Below, piece after piece: positions 18,500 through 27,082 of a stretch of 48,382 nt of DNA. The DNA lies in NCBI GenBank assembly GCA_003553085.1, contig PUPH01000117.1:1-48382 (forward strand), given 5' to 3'. The translations under genes were made by a program, and so were the position numbers. The notes under the pieces were generated by a model. That model had not been told where the DNA came from, searched no databases, and saw only the letters and a program-made list of their open reading frames with translations. Origin of the DNA: Thermoplasmata archaeon (GTDB lineage: Archaea > Thermoplasmatota > Thermoplasmata > Halarchaeoplasmatales > Halarchaeoplasmataceae). Position 1 is the first letter of the stretch. Each line of letters opens with the position of its first letter.

Positions 18500-18595
18500 T
18501 TGAGACACCTTTACCCCTGGTACAAGCAGGTCCTTTTTAAGCATTTTGTAAAGAGAGCCGTTAAACTTATCCTATACCCCCTATATCCGAACTTC

Positions 18596-19594
18596 ATGGA
18601 TTTCAAGATTCCGCCGGTACTGGACGCCGATCGTTTGATGGATAAGGCCTTCCGTAGGGCTAGTAAAGTGCAGAAGAGGGGTAAAGACCGGGAGGACGGC
18701 TACCGAAAAACCGTCGCCGGCAAGCTGAAAACAGTTTCAAAGGTGCTTGAACAGACTCTGAAAAGATACGAAAAAAGCTTTCCTTCCTTCGACCAACTAC
18801 CACCGTTCTACCGGGACACTATACACATATCCCAGGATCTAGATAGGGTGAAGAAGAGCATCGGAGCCATCAACTGGGCCCGCAGGAAGATAAAACGTGC
18901 CATAATAGAGGATCTCCGTAAATTGAGGGACTGTGAAAAGGTCGGTGAGATGGATAAAGTGAGGAGAAGTGCCTATGGTAGAACATCTTCTTTCCTAAGA
19001 CAGGTTTCCAGCGATCTTGAATTCCTAGAAAGCGTAAGAAAGGCACTGAACCAACTTCCGGACATCAGGATGGACATACCTACAGTGGTTGTAGCAGGTT
19101 CCCCCAATGTGGGTAAGTCCCTTCTAGTCAACAAGCTTTCTTCCGGTAAACCAAAGGTGGCCAGCTATCCATTCACCACTAAGGAAGTTGGTGTGGGACA
19201 CTTCCGGGCCGAGGGGTTGATGTGCCAGATAATCGATACTCCGGGGCTGCTAGAGAGACCCATGGAGGAGAAGAACGAGATCGAGATGAAGGCCATAAAG
19301 GCAATAGAGGATCTTGCCGACCTTATCATATTCCTGTACGATCCATCTGGAACCTGTGGATACCCCATGTCCGACCAACGTGCACTCTACGACCAGATCA
19401 GCGGTCTGTTCGATGACACCGAGATCATGGAGGTTTACAATAAAAAAGATCTAGTAGGAGAGATGGAAGGCGTATTTCAGATATCGGCCTTGAGCGAAGA
19501 GAATATCGAGGGATTAAACAGGGATATCACCGAAAAGATAAAATATGCCTTCCGAGAAAGGTGGAACACAGATGTTCGTGAAACTGATCGATGA
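18596..19594 (+). CDS. NOG1-family ribosome-biogenesis GTPase
   Basis: FPSFDQLPPFY, GSPNVGKS, YPFTTK, DTPGLLER, DPSGTCGY, NKKD; start set at ATG 18596. Confidence 0.93.
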   Translation: MDFKIPPVLDADRLMDKAFRRASKVQKRGKDREDGYRKTVAGKLKTVSKVLEQTLKRYEKSFPSFDQLPPFYRDTIHISQDLDRVKKSIGAINWARRKIKRAIIEDLRKLRDCEKVGEMDKVRRSAYGRTSSFLRQVSSDLEFLESVRKALNQLPDIRMDIPTVVVAGSPNVGKSLLVNKLSSGKPKVASYPFTTKEVGVGHFRAEGLMCQIIDTPGLLERPMEEKNEIEMKAIKAIEDLADLIIFLYDPSGTCGYPMSDQRALYDQISGLFDDTEIMEVYNKKDLVGEMEGVFQISALSEENIEGLNRDITEKIKYAFRERWNTDVRETDR

Positions 19595-19874
19595 GGTCAA
19601 ATTCCTCTTCAAAGCGTTGGAGGATCATAAGGGGTATAGAGTAAAACACGGAGAAGGCAGACTCTACCTATCTGAGGAAGGTATTTTGGTTTCCGAAGAA
19701 GGTTCATGGTATCAACTCCCTCTGGATATGATCTACGATATCAACAGGATAGAAGGAGAACATCCGGGACTGGAGTTCAAGATACCCGGTATGGATGTCA
19801 TAGTGAGAGGAACGCGTAAAGAATTCCTATGGGCTCTAAGGCATTTCTTGTTGCCCACTGTCAGAAGCAATTAG
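19572..19874 (+). CDS. Small hypothetical protein, possibly PH-like fold
   Basis: Overlaps the NOG1 3' end; GRLYLSEEGIL...LPLDMIYDI beta-rich pattern with a C-terminal helix. Confidence 0.6.
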   Translation: MFVKLIDEVKFLFKALEDHKGYRVKHGEGRLYLSEEGILVSEEGSWYQLPLDMIYDINRIEGEHPGLEFKIPGMDVIVRGTRKEFLWALRHFLLPTVRSN

Positions 19875-20338
19875 AATAAGAGCAACAACAACGAAATTCC
19901 CCCTGCCATCACTATGAACTGCATCGTTGGTATCTCTTTAGTATGGTGTGGAAAACGATATCGCAGCTTTTTCCTTAGTAAAAATAAACATGCTAGATAT
20001 ATCGCTAACGATATAGATGCTAATATGGGGTTGAGTACGGAAAGCAATGCGATCAGTGAGAAGTAGTCCTCCGTGGGAACCGGTCTTATCTCTTTAAAAT
20101 AGTAGAAAACAACGAGAAGCACCACCAACCCCCATTTTACACCGAGAAGAAGAGGCGTATCTGGCCGTACGATCAGATCGTGTATCAGAAAGATAGGTGG
20201 AAAAACGTACCATAGTTCCGGAAGATACCTGCGGTTACCCCAATTCTTTGTATCGATCAGGGATTTGACTGTTGAAGCACCGAGTAAAAACAAAAGAGCA
20301 TATACTTGAAACTCCTGCATACCCAGTGCGTTCAACAT
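19871..20338 (-). CDS. Membrane protein resembling a degenerate A24 prepilin peptidase
   Basis: Several TM helices; SLIDTK, PTEDY and EIPTMQFI lie where the first Asp, GxGD and IPF motifs normally are. Confidence 0.5.
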   Translation of the reverse strand: MLNALGMQEFQVYALLFLLGASTVKSLIDTKNWGNRRYLPELWYVFPPIFLIHDLIVRPDTPLLLGVKWGLVVLLVVFYYFKEIRPVPTEDYFSLIALLSVLNPILASISLAIYLACLFLLRKKLRYRFPHHTKEIPTMQFIVMAGGISLLLLLF

Positions 20339-20353
20339 GGATACCTCTCTTTA

Positions 20354-20989
20354 TCAACGCTCCGTTTTACTCTTGGATGGGCGAGAACGTTCTGCACCCT
20401 TTCCTTTCTTACGGAGTCCTCTGGATTTCTTACCCGATGAAGTCAGTCCACGATATACTCTACCCTTGTTTTGTGGTTCGCAGATCCAGTTGATCTTTGG
20501 ATCGTTCTTGATAACGGGATGATGCGGATCTACCATGATCATTTCGTAGTATTTGTAACGACCGTCTTGGGCAACCCAATATGAGTTTAATACCTCTAGA
20601 TTTGGATATCTTTTAGCAGCCCGTTCTTCAACTATGCGCTGAAGGTTCTTACGGGGAGTCAACTTTTTGAAACCCATCCTTGTGGGTCCACGTCCGCCTC
20701 TAGGCCGGGATCTTCGACGTCCACCTCTGCGTACCCGGCCTCTGACCATGACGTACCCCTGCTTTGCCTTGTAACCAAGGGTCCTAGCACGATCCAATCT
20801 GGTGGGTCGCTCTATCCTCTTGAAGTTCTCCTCGCGTCTCCATTCCTGTAAACGCTCTATCCTCAACTTCTCCAGATAGTCTTCCTTGGGACGCTTCCAT
20901 GTATCTCGTATGTAGTTGTACATGTTCCCTTTGTTCTCGAGGGTCTCTTCTTCATCGTCAAAATCTTCTTGTATGAGTTTTTCTGCCAT
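20354..20989 (-). CDS. rpl15e: 50S ribosomal protein L15e
   Basis: [50 protein letters not shown]. Confidence 0.98.
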   Translation of the reverse strand: MAEKLIQEDFDDEEETLENKGNMYNYIRDTWKRPKEDYLEKLRIERLQEWRREENFKRIERPTRLDRARTLGYKAKQGYVMVRGRVRRGGRRRSRPRGGRGPTRMGFKKLTPRKNLQRIVEERAAKRYPNLEVLNSYWVAQDGRYKYYEMIMVDPHHPVIKNDPKINWICEPQNKGRVYRGLTSSGKKSRGLRKKGKGAERSRPSKSKTER

Positions 20990-20995
20990 GTTTAC

Positions 20996-21066
20996 ACTTC
21001 CTTGTTTGTGGATTCACCCATTTACGGGCACATCTCCTGCGGGTCATATACCCGCCTCTTGGAAGC
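20996..21066 (-). ncRNA. Structured 5' leader of rpl15e (candidate eL15 ribosomal-protein leader)
   Basis: Nested pairings on the minus strand: GCUUCC/GGAAGU, GCGGGU/ACCCGC, UGUG/CACA, CCCG-UAAA-UGGG; TATA-like element at about 21083-21089. Confidence 0.7.
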
Positions 21067-21098
21067 AAGTTAACGTAAGCAGTATATATGTGTTTTGC

Positions 21099-21677
21099 TC
21101 ACAATTTTTTTATCGGTTCTTCCTGTATTATCTGCCCCATCTCTTCAGCCGATGTGTCTAAGATCACGATATCTCCAACGCTGTCAACATGACTCATGGA
21201 GATGGCTAGTTTCGTTTTGGACAGTAGGGGTTTGTCCACATCCAGCACTTCCAGTATATCTTTGTTAATCTTCACTAAAAGAGAGGGCATACCCCAATGA
21301 TCTGTATCTATCAATACGTCTTTGATCTTACCAACATCTCTCCCATGACTACCCGATATATTCTTACCTATGATCCCCGTGATCATATCTTCATCGGTGA
21401 CTTCGAGAAAATGTGCGTGCAGTTCATCCAAAGGCTCGTGCAGTACCACCTTGTCACTGAAGGCTTTTACGTGCTCTACCTCTATACCTAGTTTTAGAGA
21501 TGACAGTAACGGTTTATCTTCACCCAGTTCTTCGATCACCTCTTTGTTCATCTTGGCGATCAAATTTCTCGGAGCGTAGTCTGCATCGTAAGTCAGATCC
21601 TCCACTTTACCCATCAATCTTCCATCATTGCTCAAGATATCCTTTCCTTTCATTTCCTTGAATTGTCTCATGTTCAT
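21099..21677 (-). CDS. Tandem PRC-barrel domain protein
   Basis: Two repeats: GKDILSNDGRLMGKVEDL...KPLLSSLKLGI..HV..FSDKVVL and GKNISGSHGRDVGKIKDV...KPLLSKTKLAI..HV.SVGDIVIL. Confidence 0.85.
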   Translation of the reverse strand: MNMRQFKEMKGKDILSNDGRLMGKVEDLTYDADYAPRNLIAKMNKEVIEELGEDKPLLSSLKLGIEVEHVKAFSDKVVLHEPLDELHAHFLEVTDEDMITGIIGKNISGSHGRDVGKIKDVLIDTDHWGMPSLLVKINKDILEVLDVDKPLLSKTKLAISMSHVDSVGDIVILDTSAEEMGQIIQEEPIKKL

Positions 21678-21813
21678 TCCTCTGTAATAACAGTAATTTG
21701 TTCAGTATATATTAATTTTTGTTACTCCCACGGATCGACTCGTACAAGGGGTTAATTTTTAATACCCCCGCATCATGGACGAAGTAGGTTCAATAGATTT
21801 AAAGGTGTTAACG

Positions 21814-22041
21814 ATGAAGGTATTCAAAGCCACTGGATCATTCAAGATGGGAAGAGTATGGCAGAAGTTCTCCAAGGAGATAATCAGTGAGAACGAGGAT
21901 AGAGCGAAGGAGAAGGTACTGTCCATAATCGGAAGTAAACACGGTACTAAACGTACCAACATCCGTATCCGTGATATAGTAGAGATCGGAGAGGATGAAG
22001 TGGAGGATCTGGTGGTAAGAGACCTCCTTATGGAGGAATGA
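21814..22041 (+). CDS. rpl18a: 50S ribosomal protein LX (L18Ae)
   Basis: MKVFKATG.F...W.KFSKE....AKEKV.S.IGSKH..KR..I.I; typical LX-pfdA-ftsY order. Confidence 0.93.
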   Translation: MKVFKATGSFKMGRVWQKFSKEIISENEDRAKEKVLSIIGSKHGTKRTNIRIRDIVEIGEDEVEDLVVRDLLMEE

Positions 22042-22475
22042 ACATGGTAGATGAACAGGAACTGAGAGAAAAGATAGGACGGCTAGAACAGATCAAGACG
22101 CAGCTTCAGACTGCACAGAATCAACAAGAGTTTGTAGATGAACTCGTCGAGAACCACAAAGAAGCCATAGAGACTGTCGGAAAATATGCTGAACAGGACG
22201 AGGAACAAGAGATGTTCGTTCCTGTAGGTGGCAACGCACACATACGCTCCAAAGTCAGTGGTGGTGACAAGGTACTCATCGGTTTGGGTTCAGACATCTC
22301 CGCATTGACGGATGCTGAGAAGGCAGCGGATATAATGGAAAAGCGAAAGAAGGAACTCACTCAAACCAAGACAACCCTTGAGAACACCATAAATCAGCTC
22401 ACTGGAGAGTATCAAAAGCTCGAGAACGAAGTCCAGAGAGAGTATCAGGAATTCCAGTCTCAGATGCAGGAGTGA
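22038..22475 (+). CDS. pfdA: Prefoldin alpha subunit
   Basis: Coiled coils flanking FVPVGGNA...KVLIGLGS; gene order. Confidence 0.9.
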   Translation: MNMVDEQELREKIGRLEQIKTQLQTAQNQQEFVDELVENHKEAIETVGKYAEQDEEQEMFVPVGGNAHIRSKVSGGDKVLIGLGSDISALTDAEKAADIMEKRKKELTQTKTTLENTINQLTGEYQKLENEVQREYQEFQSQMQE

Positions 22476-22499
22476 TGAAGGAACAGGGGTAGGGTCGGA

Positions 22500-23441
22500 A
22501 TGTTCGAGAAGCTGAAGAAGAAGATAGCAAACATAACCTTGACCTCGAAAAAAGAAATCGAGGAAGACGTTGACGAGGCCTTTGTCGATGGTTGGGGTTC
22601 AAAAATAAAAGAAGGCAAACTCGATCCCATACTCTGGGACCTGAAGGTGGCCTTGCTTGAAGCCGATGTAGCTCTATCCGTAGTCGATGAGATACAGGAA
22701 GAGGTGAAGAACAATCTTTTGGATAAAAAGATCGCGAGGAAATACAGCATAGACGATGTTATAGAGACCGCTTTGAAGAACGCCGTACAGAAAGCTTTAG
22801 AGATCGAGACCATAGATTTCGACAAGTACGTGGAAGAGTCGGAAAAGCCGGTTTCAATAATGTTCGTAGGTGTCAACGGAACCGGGAAAACCACCACCAT
22901 CGCAAAGATAGCACACCGGCTGATAAAGAAAAAATACTCGTGTGTACTGGCGGCTTCGGATACTTTCAGAGCCGGCGCCCTTGAACAGATCCAGGAGCAC
23001 GGTAATAGATTAGGTGTGAAGGTCATCAAGCATTCGAAGGGGTCGGATCCCGCAGCGGTGGGTTACGATGCTGTGGAACACGCAAGGGCTAGACATAAAG
23101 ATGTCGTCCTCATCGATACTGCAGGACGGATGCAGACCAACAAGAACCTCATGGATGAGATGGAGAAGATCAAGAGGGTCGTTGAACCGGATCTGATAAT
23201 ATTCGTCGGCGACGCACTAGCGGGTAACGATGCGGTGGATCAAGCCCAGAAGTTCGACGGATCAGTCGGTATCGACGGCGTGATACTAACAAAGATAGAC
23301 GCCGATGCAAAAGGCGGCAGCGCGCTGTCCATAGGTCATGCTGTGGGTAAACCCATACTGTTCGTGGGAACCGGAGAGGAATATGAAGCCCTTGAAGAGT
23401 TCGACTCGGATTGGATGACAGAGAGGTTGTTTGAGGAGTGA
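22500..23441 (+). CDS. ftsY: SRP receptor FtsY
   Basis: LLEADVA, GVNGTGKTT, DTFRAGA, DTAGR, TKIDADAKGG. Confidence 0.97.
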   Translation: MFEKLKKKIANITLTSKKEIEEDVDEAFVDGWGSKIKEGKLDPILWDLKVALLEADVALSVVDEIQEEVKNNLLDKKIARKYSIDDVIETALKNAVQKALEIETIDFDKYVEESEKPVSIMFVGVNGTGKTTTIAKIAHRLIKKKYSCVLAASDTFRAGALEQIQEHGNRLGVKVIKHSKGSDPAAVGYDAVEHARARHKDVVLIDTAGRMQTNKNLMDEMEKIKRVVEPDLIIFVGDALAGNDAVDQAQKFDGSVGIDGVILTKIDADAKGGSALSIGHAVGKPILFVGTGEEYEALEEFDSDWMTERLFEE

Positions 23442-23447
23442 ATCGAT

Positions 23448-24539
23448 ATGAACTGGAAGAAATATGTCAGTCGGGGTAGGATCGTGGACTTTCCAGTCCT
23501 GCAACTGCTCATCACATCCATAAAGAACAACGAAGGTCATCTGCTGGTGAAGGCTAAGCCCGACGATGGTGCTGAAGGACCGATAGAGAAGCTGATTTCC
23601 ATCGGCGGTACACCCGGCAGTTACCACCTCAAGGTGTTAGCGGATAAGAACGATATACTGAACAAGCTAACCGCCTCCATGTGCCGCAGCGGGCTGGTTA
23701 AGCCCTATGCTTTAGAAGATGTAGCCACATCTTTGGTGGACAGTGAAGATCTCGTGCTCGGTTTGGACACCAACATGCTTTACAACTGTATCATATCCGA
23801 GCATCTGCTGTCTGCGCTGGATGATGTCAATCCGTACTCTTACTCCAAGATGCCTAACTGGCTATTGATAGCCGTACCCGGGGTGGTGATGAAGGAGATA
23901 GAGAACGCGGCTAACCATAAGACTAAAGGTAGACTCACCCACATAGGACGACAGGGATTCCGAGCACTGCAGGAGATGATGGTTTTACAGGAGAACCGTG
24001 GAAGTTCGGGATCTACCGTACTGGTTGTTGGAAAAACCAATCCTCAGCAGCTGAGATACTCCGATGAAGAGAGTTCTAAGATAGAGAACGCCGATTCGCT
24101 GATCAGAGATCAGTTCAGAAACTTCACCAGAGAACTGGACTTCAGAAAGGGTGTTTACTTCCTTACCATGGATAAGACCAACGCTTCTCTTGGGCGAGCT
24201 GAAGGCTTGAACTCCATCCGAGTCAATCACCCTAAGATGCTGAAGACGGGATACGACCTCTATCAGTTAAAAGGGAACACCGTACTCCTGGCTCGGATCA
24301 TATATGAGATGGCGGTGGAGTTCGGAGTCATCGAGATATCGTGGAAAGAGCACGGCAGGATCCATTATCTAGAGTTGGATTCCGGCTGGCAGTGGAAGAA
24401 CATGGGCCATTGGGAGAACTGGCAGTTACTATGCAACGGATACGACAACTACTTCTTTAGAGAGGTCAACTCTTACGAAGACGTTTCCGTTGACAGGATA
24501 AAAGAAGCCTGGAAAGAGCTCCGTGAGGCCATGGTATGA
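23448..24539 (+). CDS. PIN-domain protein (putative ribonuclease) with N- and C-terminal extensions
   Basis: LGLDTN, VPGVVMKEIE, ADSLIR and FLTMDK provide the acidic tetrad. Confidence 0.75.
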   Translation: MNWKKYVSRGRIVDFPVLQLLITSIKNNEGHLLVKAKPDDGAEGPIEKLISIGGTPGSYHLKVLADKNDILNKLTASMCRSGLVKPYALEDVATSLVDSEDLVLGLDTNMLYNCIISEHLLSALDDVNPYSYSKMPNWLLIAVPGVVMKEIENAANHKTKGRLTHIGRQGFRALQEMMVLQENRGSSGSTVLVVGKTNPQQLRYSDEESSKIENADSLIRDQFRNFTRELDFRKGVYFLTMDKTNASLGRAEGLNSIRVNHPKMLKTGYDLYQLKGNTVLLARIIYEMAVEFGVIEISWKEHGRIHYLELDSGWQWKNMGHWENWQLLCNGYDNYFFREVNSYEDVSVDRIKEAWKELREAMV

Positions 24540-24589
24540 GCAAAAATCTTTTATAGTTTGTTAACGAAGTATATATGACAACTGAGTAA

Positions 24590-25015
24590 ATGATGGATAT
24601 GTCTAACGGAAATGATGAAAATCCTTGTGGAACCTTGACCGTCACCGACCTAACTATGGCCATCAAAAATTGTGTGGATGGACAGGGTATGCAGGAAGCA
24701 GCAGCGAGATCCATGGCGGAGCACGTCCTCAACTTCTTCGGATACAGTGAGAGGATAATAGACAACATACTGGAACAAGAGGACAGAGATGTATTCTATA
24801 TGCTGGAGGACGCCGGACTTTTAACAACGGAGAGGGAACAAACCACCCTTTACGATGGGAGGGAATGGCGTATACATTACTGGCTATTCCAGAAGGACAA
24901 GATATTGAAACTGGTCGACCGTGAACCCGATAACGAGGAAGACCAATCGATGCATAAAAGCGTTTACGATGATATCCCCGATGGAGTATGGTCCTCTAGG
25001 ATGGGTATGGAATAA
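24590..25015 (+). CDS. Conserved winged-helix-like protein (DUF6015-like, Thermoplasmata)
   Basis: AEHVLNFFGY..RIIDN.LE.EDRDVFYMLEDAGLL...E.TTLYDGREWRIHYW, recognised from memory; TATA-like TTTATA upstream. Confidence 0.7.
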   Translation: MMDMSNGNDENPCGTLTVTDLTMAIKNCVDGQGMQEAAARSMAEHVLNFFGYSERIIDNILEQEDRDVFYMLEDAGLLTTEREQTTLYDGREWRIHYWLFQKDKILKLVDREPDNEEDQSMHKSVYDDIPDGVWSSRMGME

Positions 25016-25071
25016 AAGGTGTCTAGAGATCCATGTTATTTTATATCTTCAGCTAACGTATGGTGATCGTT

Positions 25072-25593
25072 ATGAACAGAGAGGTGATGGAGAAGGCGAC
25101 TTTCGGTGCGGGCTGCTTCTGGGGAGTAGAGGCCGCATTCAAAAAGATGCCGGGTGTTTTGGAGACTAGAGTCGGTTATGCTGGAGGATATACTGAAGAC
25201 CCAGATTACCAAAAAGTATGTTCCGGAAAAACGGGTCATGCCGAGGCATGTGAGATAACATTCGATCCGGAACAGGTATCGTACGACGATCTTCTAACGT
25301 TATTTTGGAACATACACGACCCTACACAGAAGGACCGACAGGGCAACGATGTCGGCACCCAATACCGGTCGGTCATATTTTACCACAACGAGGAACAGAA
25401 AAAGAAGGCTGAAAGGTCGATGATAAGGGTGCAAAAATCTCACAGGGATAAGATAGTCACAAAGATTGAACCGGCGAAAGAGTTCTGGGAGGCCGAGGGA
25501 TACCATCAAGATTATCTTCTGATGAACCCCGGTGGTTACTGCCATGTGAACATGGCCAAGGTTGAAAAGATCATAGAACAGTTGAAAAAGTGA
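25072..25593 (+). CDS. msrA: Peptide methionine sulfoxide reductase A
   Basis: GCFWG, VGYAGG, TGHAE, HDPTQ..RQGNDVGTQYRS, AEGYHQDY, GYCH. Confidence 0.97.
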   Translation: MNREVMEKATFGAGCFWGVEAAFKKMPGVLETRVGYAGGYTEDPDYQKVCSGKTGHAEACEITFDPEQVSYDDLLTLFWNIHDPTQKDRQGNDVGTQYRSVIFYHNEEQKKKAERSMIRVQKSHRDKIVTKIEPAKEFWEAEGYHQDYLLMNPGGYCHVNMAKVEKIIEQLKK

Positions 25594-25671
25594 TGGTGGG
25601 CCCGCCGAAATTTGAATTCGGGTACCGGCGTCCCGAACGCCGAAGGATGGACCAAGCTACCCCACGGGCCC
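25594..25671 (-). tRNA. tRNA-Pro, anticodon CGG, with encoded CCA and no intron
   Basis: GGGCCCG/CGGGCCC acceptor stem; anticodon arm CGGCG-TTCGGGA-CGCCG; T arm CCGAA-TTCAAAT-TTCGG; discriminator A plus CCA. Confidence 0.95.
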
Positions 25672-25746
25672 TATGTTGGAACGAAGGCACAAGAGAGGGG
25701 GTCGCATAAAAAAGTTATCTATTATCGTGAGTGGACCTAGTATCTA

Positions 25747-27015
25747 TCACGGATATTTTTTTCTACTAGATATGACCATCACTGCAGTGACCGTTGCGAA
25801 GACTGCTATCACGGCTATCACGATGAACATGAACGGGATACCGCTGGAATCGGTCTCTAGAGGTTTTCCCTGATATGCGGATATATTACCGTCTAAACCA
25901 TACAAGTAGATGATGCCTGATTCGGTAACATACACTTCACCGTAACTCTCCTCGATCTCATGCTCCCAGGCCAGGGACCCATCTAGATCGAATGCCTGTA
26001 TCTTCTCCATCGAAAATGGAATTTCTTCCACCGATAAGTATTGGCAGTATAACCGCTGGTTCTCACCCATCATAATAAACATAAATAAATTATCGTCATC
26101 CTGGGCTAGTGTGTGGTTCCACATCATCTCACCATCCTTACGGATCGATTCGAGGATGTATTCATCATCATAAACTCTGAGTGAAAGGATCCCGTCGCTG
26201 GTTAAAAAAAACGATCTAAAATCATATAAGTCAAGGTCCAGCGGACTGCCCATGAATTCACCATGATCGTCGATCCAGTATATCTTTTCATCGATTAATG
26301 CATGATGAACATCTTCTGCTACCGACAGCGGACTGCCCAGGAGGAATAAATTCTCTCCATCTGGTTTAGAGGTCCACCTTATCTCACCATCCGGGGAGAT
26401 ACAGATGATCTCTCCATCGTCCGTGACCCCGAGCAGGTCTCCTCTATAATTGGTGATATAGCTCATTACAGAAAACTGATCGCCGTTTACATCGTCTCCC
26501 CAAAGGACATCACCTTCAGAGGATATCAGCATGATATCACCCTCGGTGATGACATATATCCCATGCCCTTGAGAACCCATTATATTTACAAAACTATCAG
26601 ATATGATCTCTTTTTCCCACTTTAGATTTCCATCATAGATATCGTAACAATGTATCATATTCTTGTTGTCGTTAGAGTTATCTTCTCTAGTAAGCAGGTA
26701 ATAATTATCACTTTCGATCTGGGGGTTATATGATCTCAACTCACCGGTGAAATTATTGGACCATCCTATGTTACCATCATCATCGACCATGTGCATCGAT
26801 TTTTCCTGAGGAATGAGTACGATGATTCCATCGTTGAAAGGCGACAAGATCGTGTATTCACCAAAGTCTTTGGTCCACAATGGTTCATCGACCATGGGGG
26901 CCTCTTCTTTAGGCGTTAGTTCATCATCTAGAGCAGTTCCATACCCTACCATGCTTACTATGATCATCACTGCTAGGAAGGCGCATATTCCCACGTTGAT
27001 AGTCGATTCCCTCAT
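25747..27015 (-). CDS. Secreted PQQ-like (BamB-type) beta-propeller protein with C-terminal membrane anchor
   Basis: Signal peptide; repeated 'DG...W' blades (DGNIGW, DGNLKW, EGDVLW, DGEIRW, DGEMMW, DGSLAW); TM helix plus RKK tail. Confidence 0.8.
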   Translation of the reverse strand: MRESTINVGICAFLAVMIIVSMVGYGTALDDELTPKEEAPMVDEPLWTKDFGEYTILSPFNDGIIVLIPQEKSMHMVDDDGNIGWSNNFTGELRSYNPQIESDNYYLLTREDNSNDNKNMIHCYDIYDGNLKWEKEIISDSFVNIMGSQGHGIYVITEGDIMLISSEGDVLWGDDVNGDQFSVMSYITNYRGDLLGVTDDGEIICISPDGEIRWTSKPDGENLFLLGSPLSVAEDVHHALIDEKIYWIDDHGEFMGSPLDLDLYDFRSFFLTSDGILSLRVYDDEYILESIRKDGEMMWNHTLAQDDDNLFMFIMMGENQRLYCQYLSVEEIPFSMEKIQAFDLDGSLAWEHEIEESYGEVYVTESGIIYLYGLDGNISAYQGKPLETDSSGIPFMFIVIAVIAVFATVTAVMVISSRKKYP

Positions 27016-27082
27016 GAACCTCGATATAATCGTAAAGTATAAAAAAATTCCTGATGTGCGTAAGAGATGTTTGAGTTAAGAT

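Noticed and set aside
25594-27015. tRNA-Pro as the attachment site of an integrated element
   Set aside because: No duplicated tRNA 3' end or integrase was noticed, and the tRNA 3' end abuts the housekeeping gene msrA.
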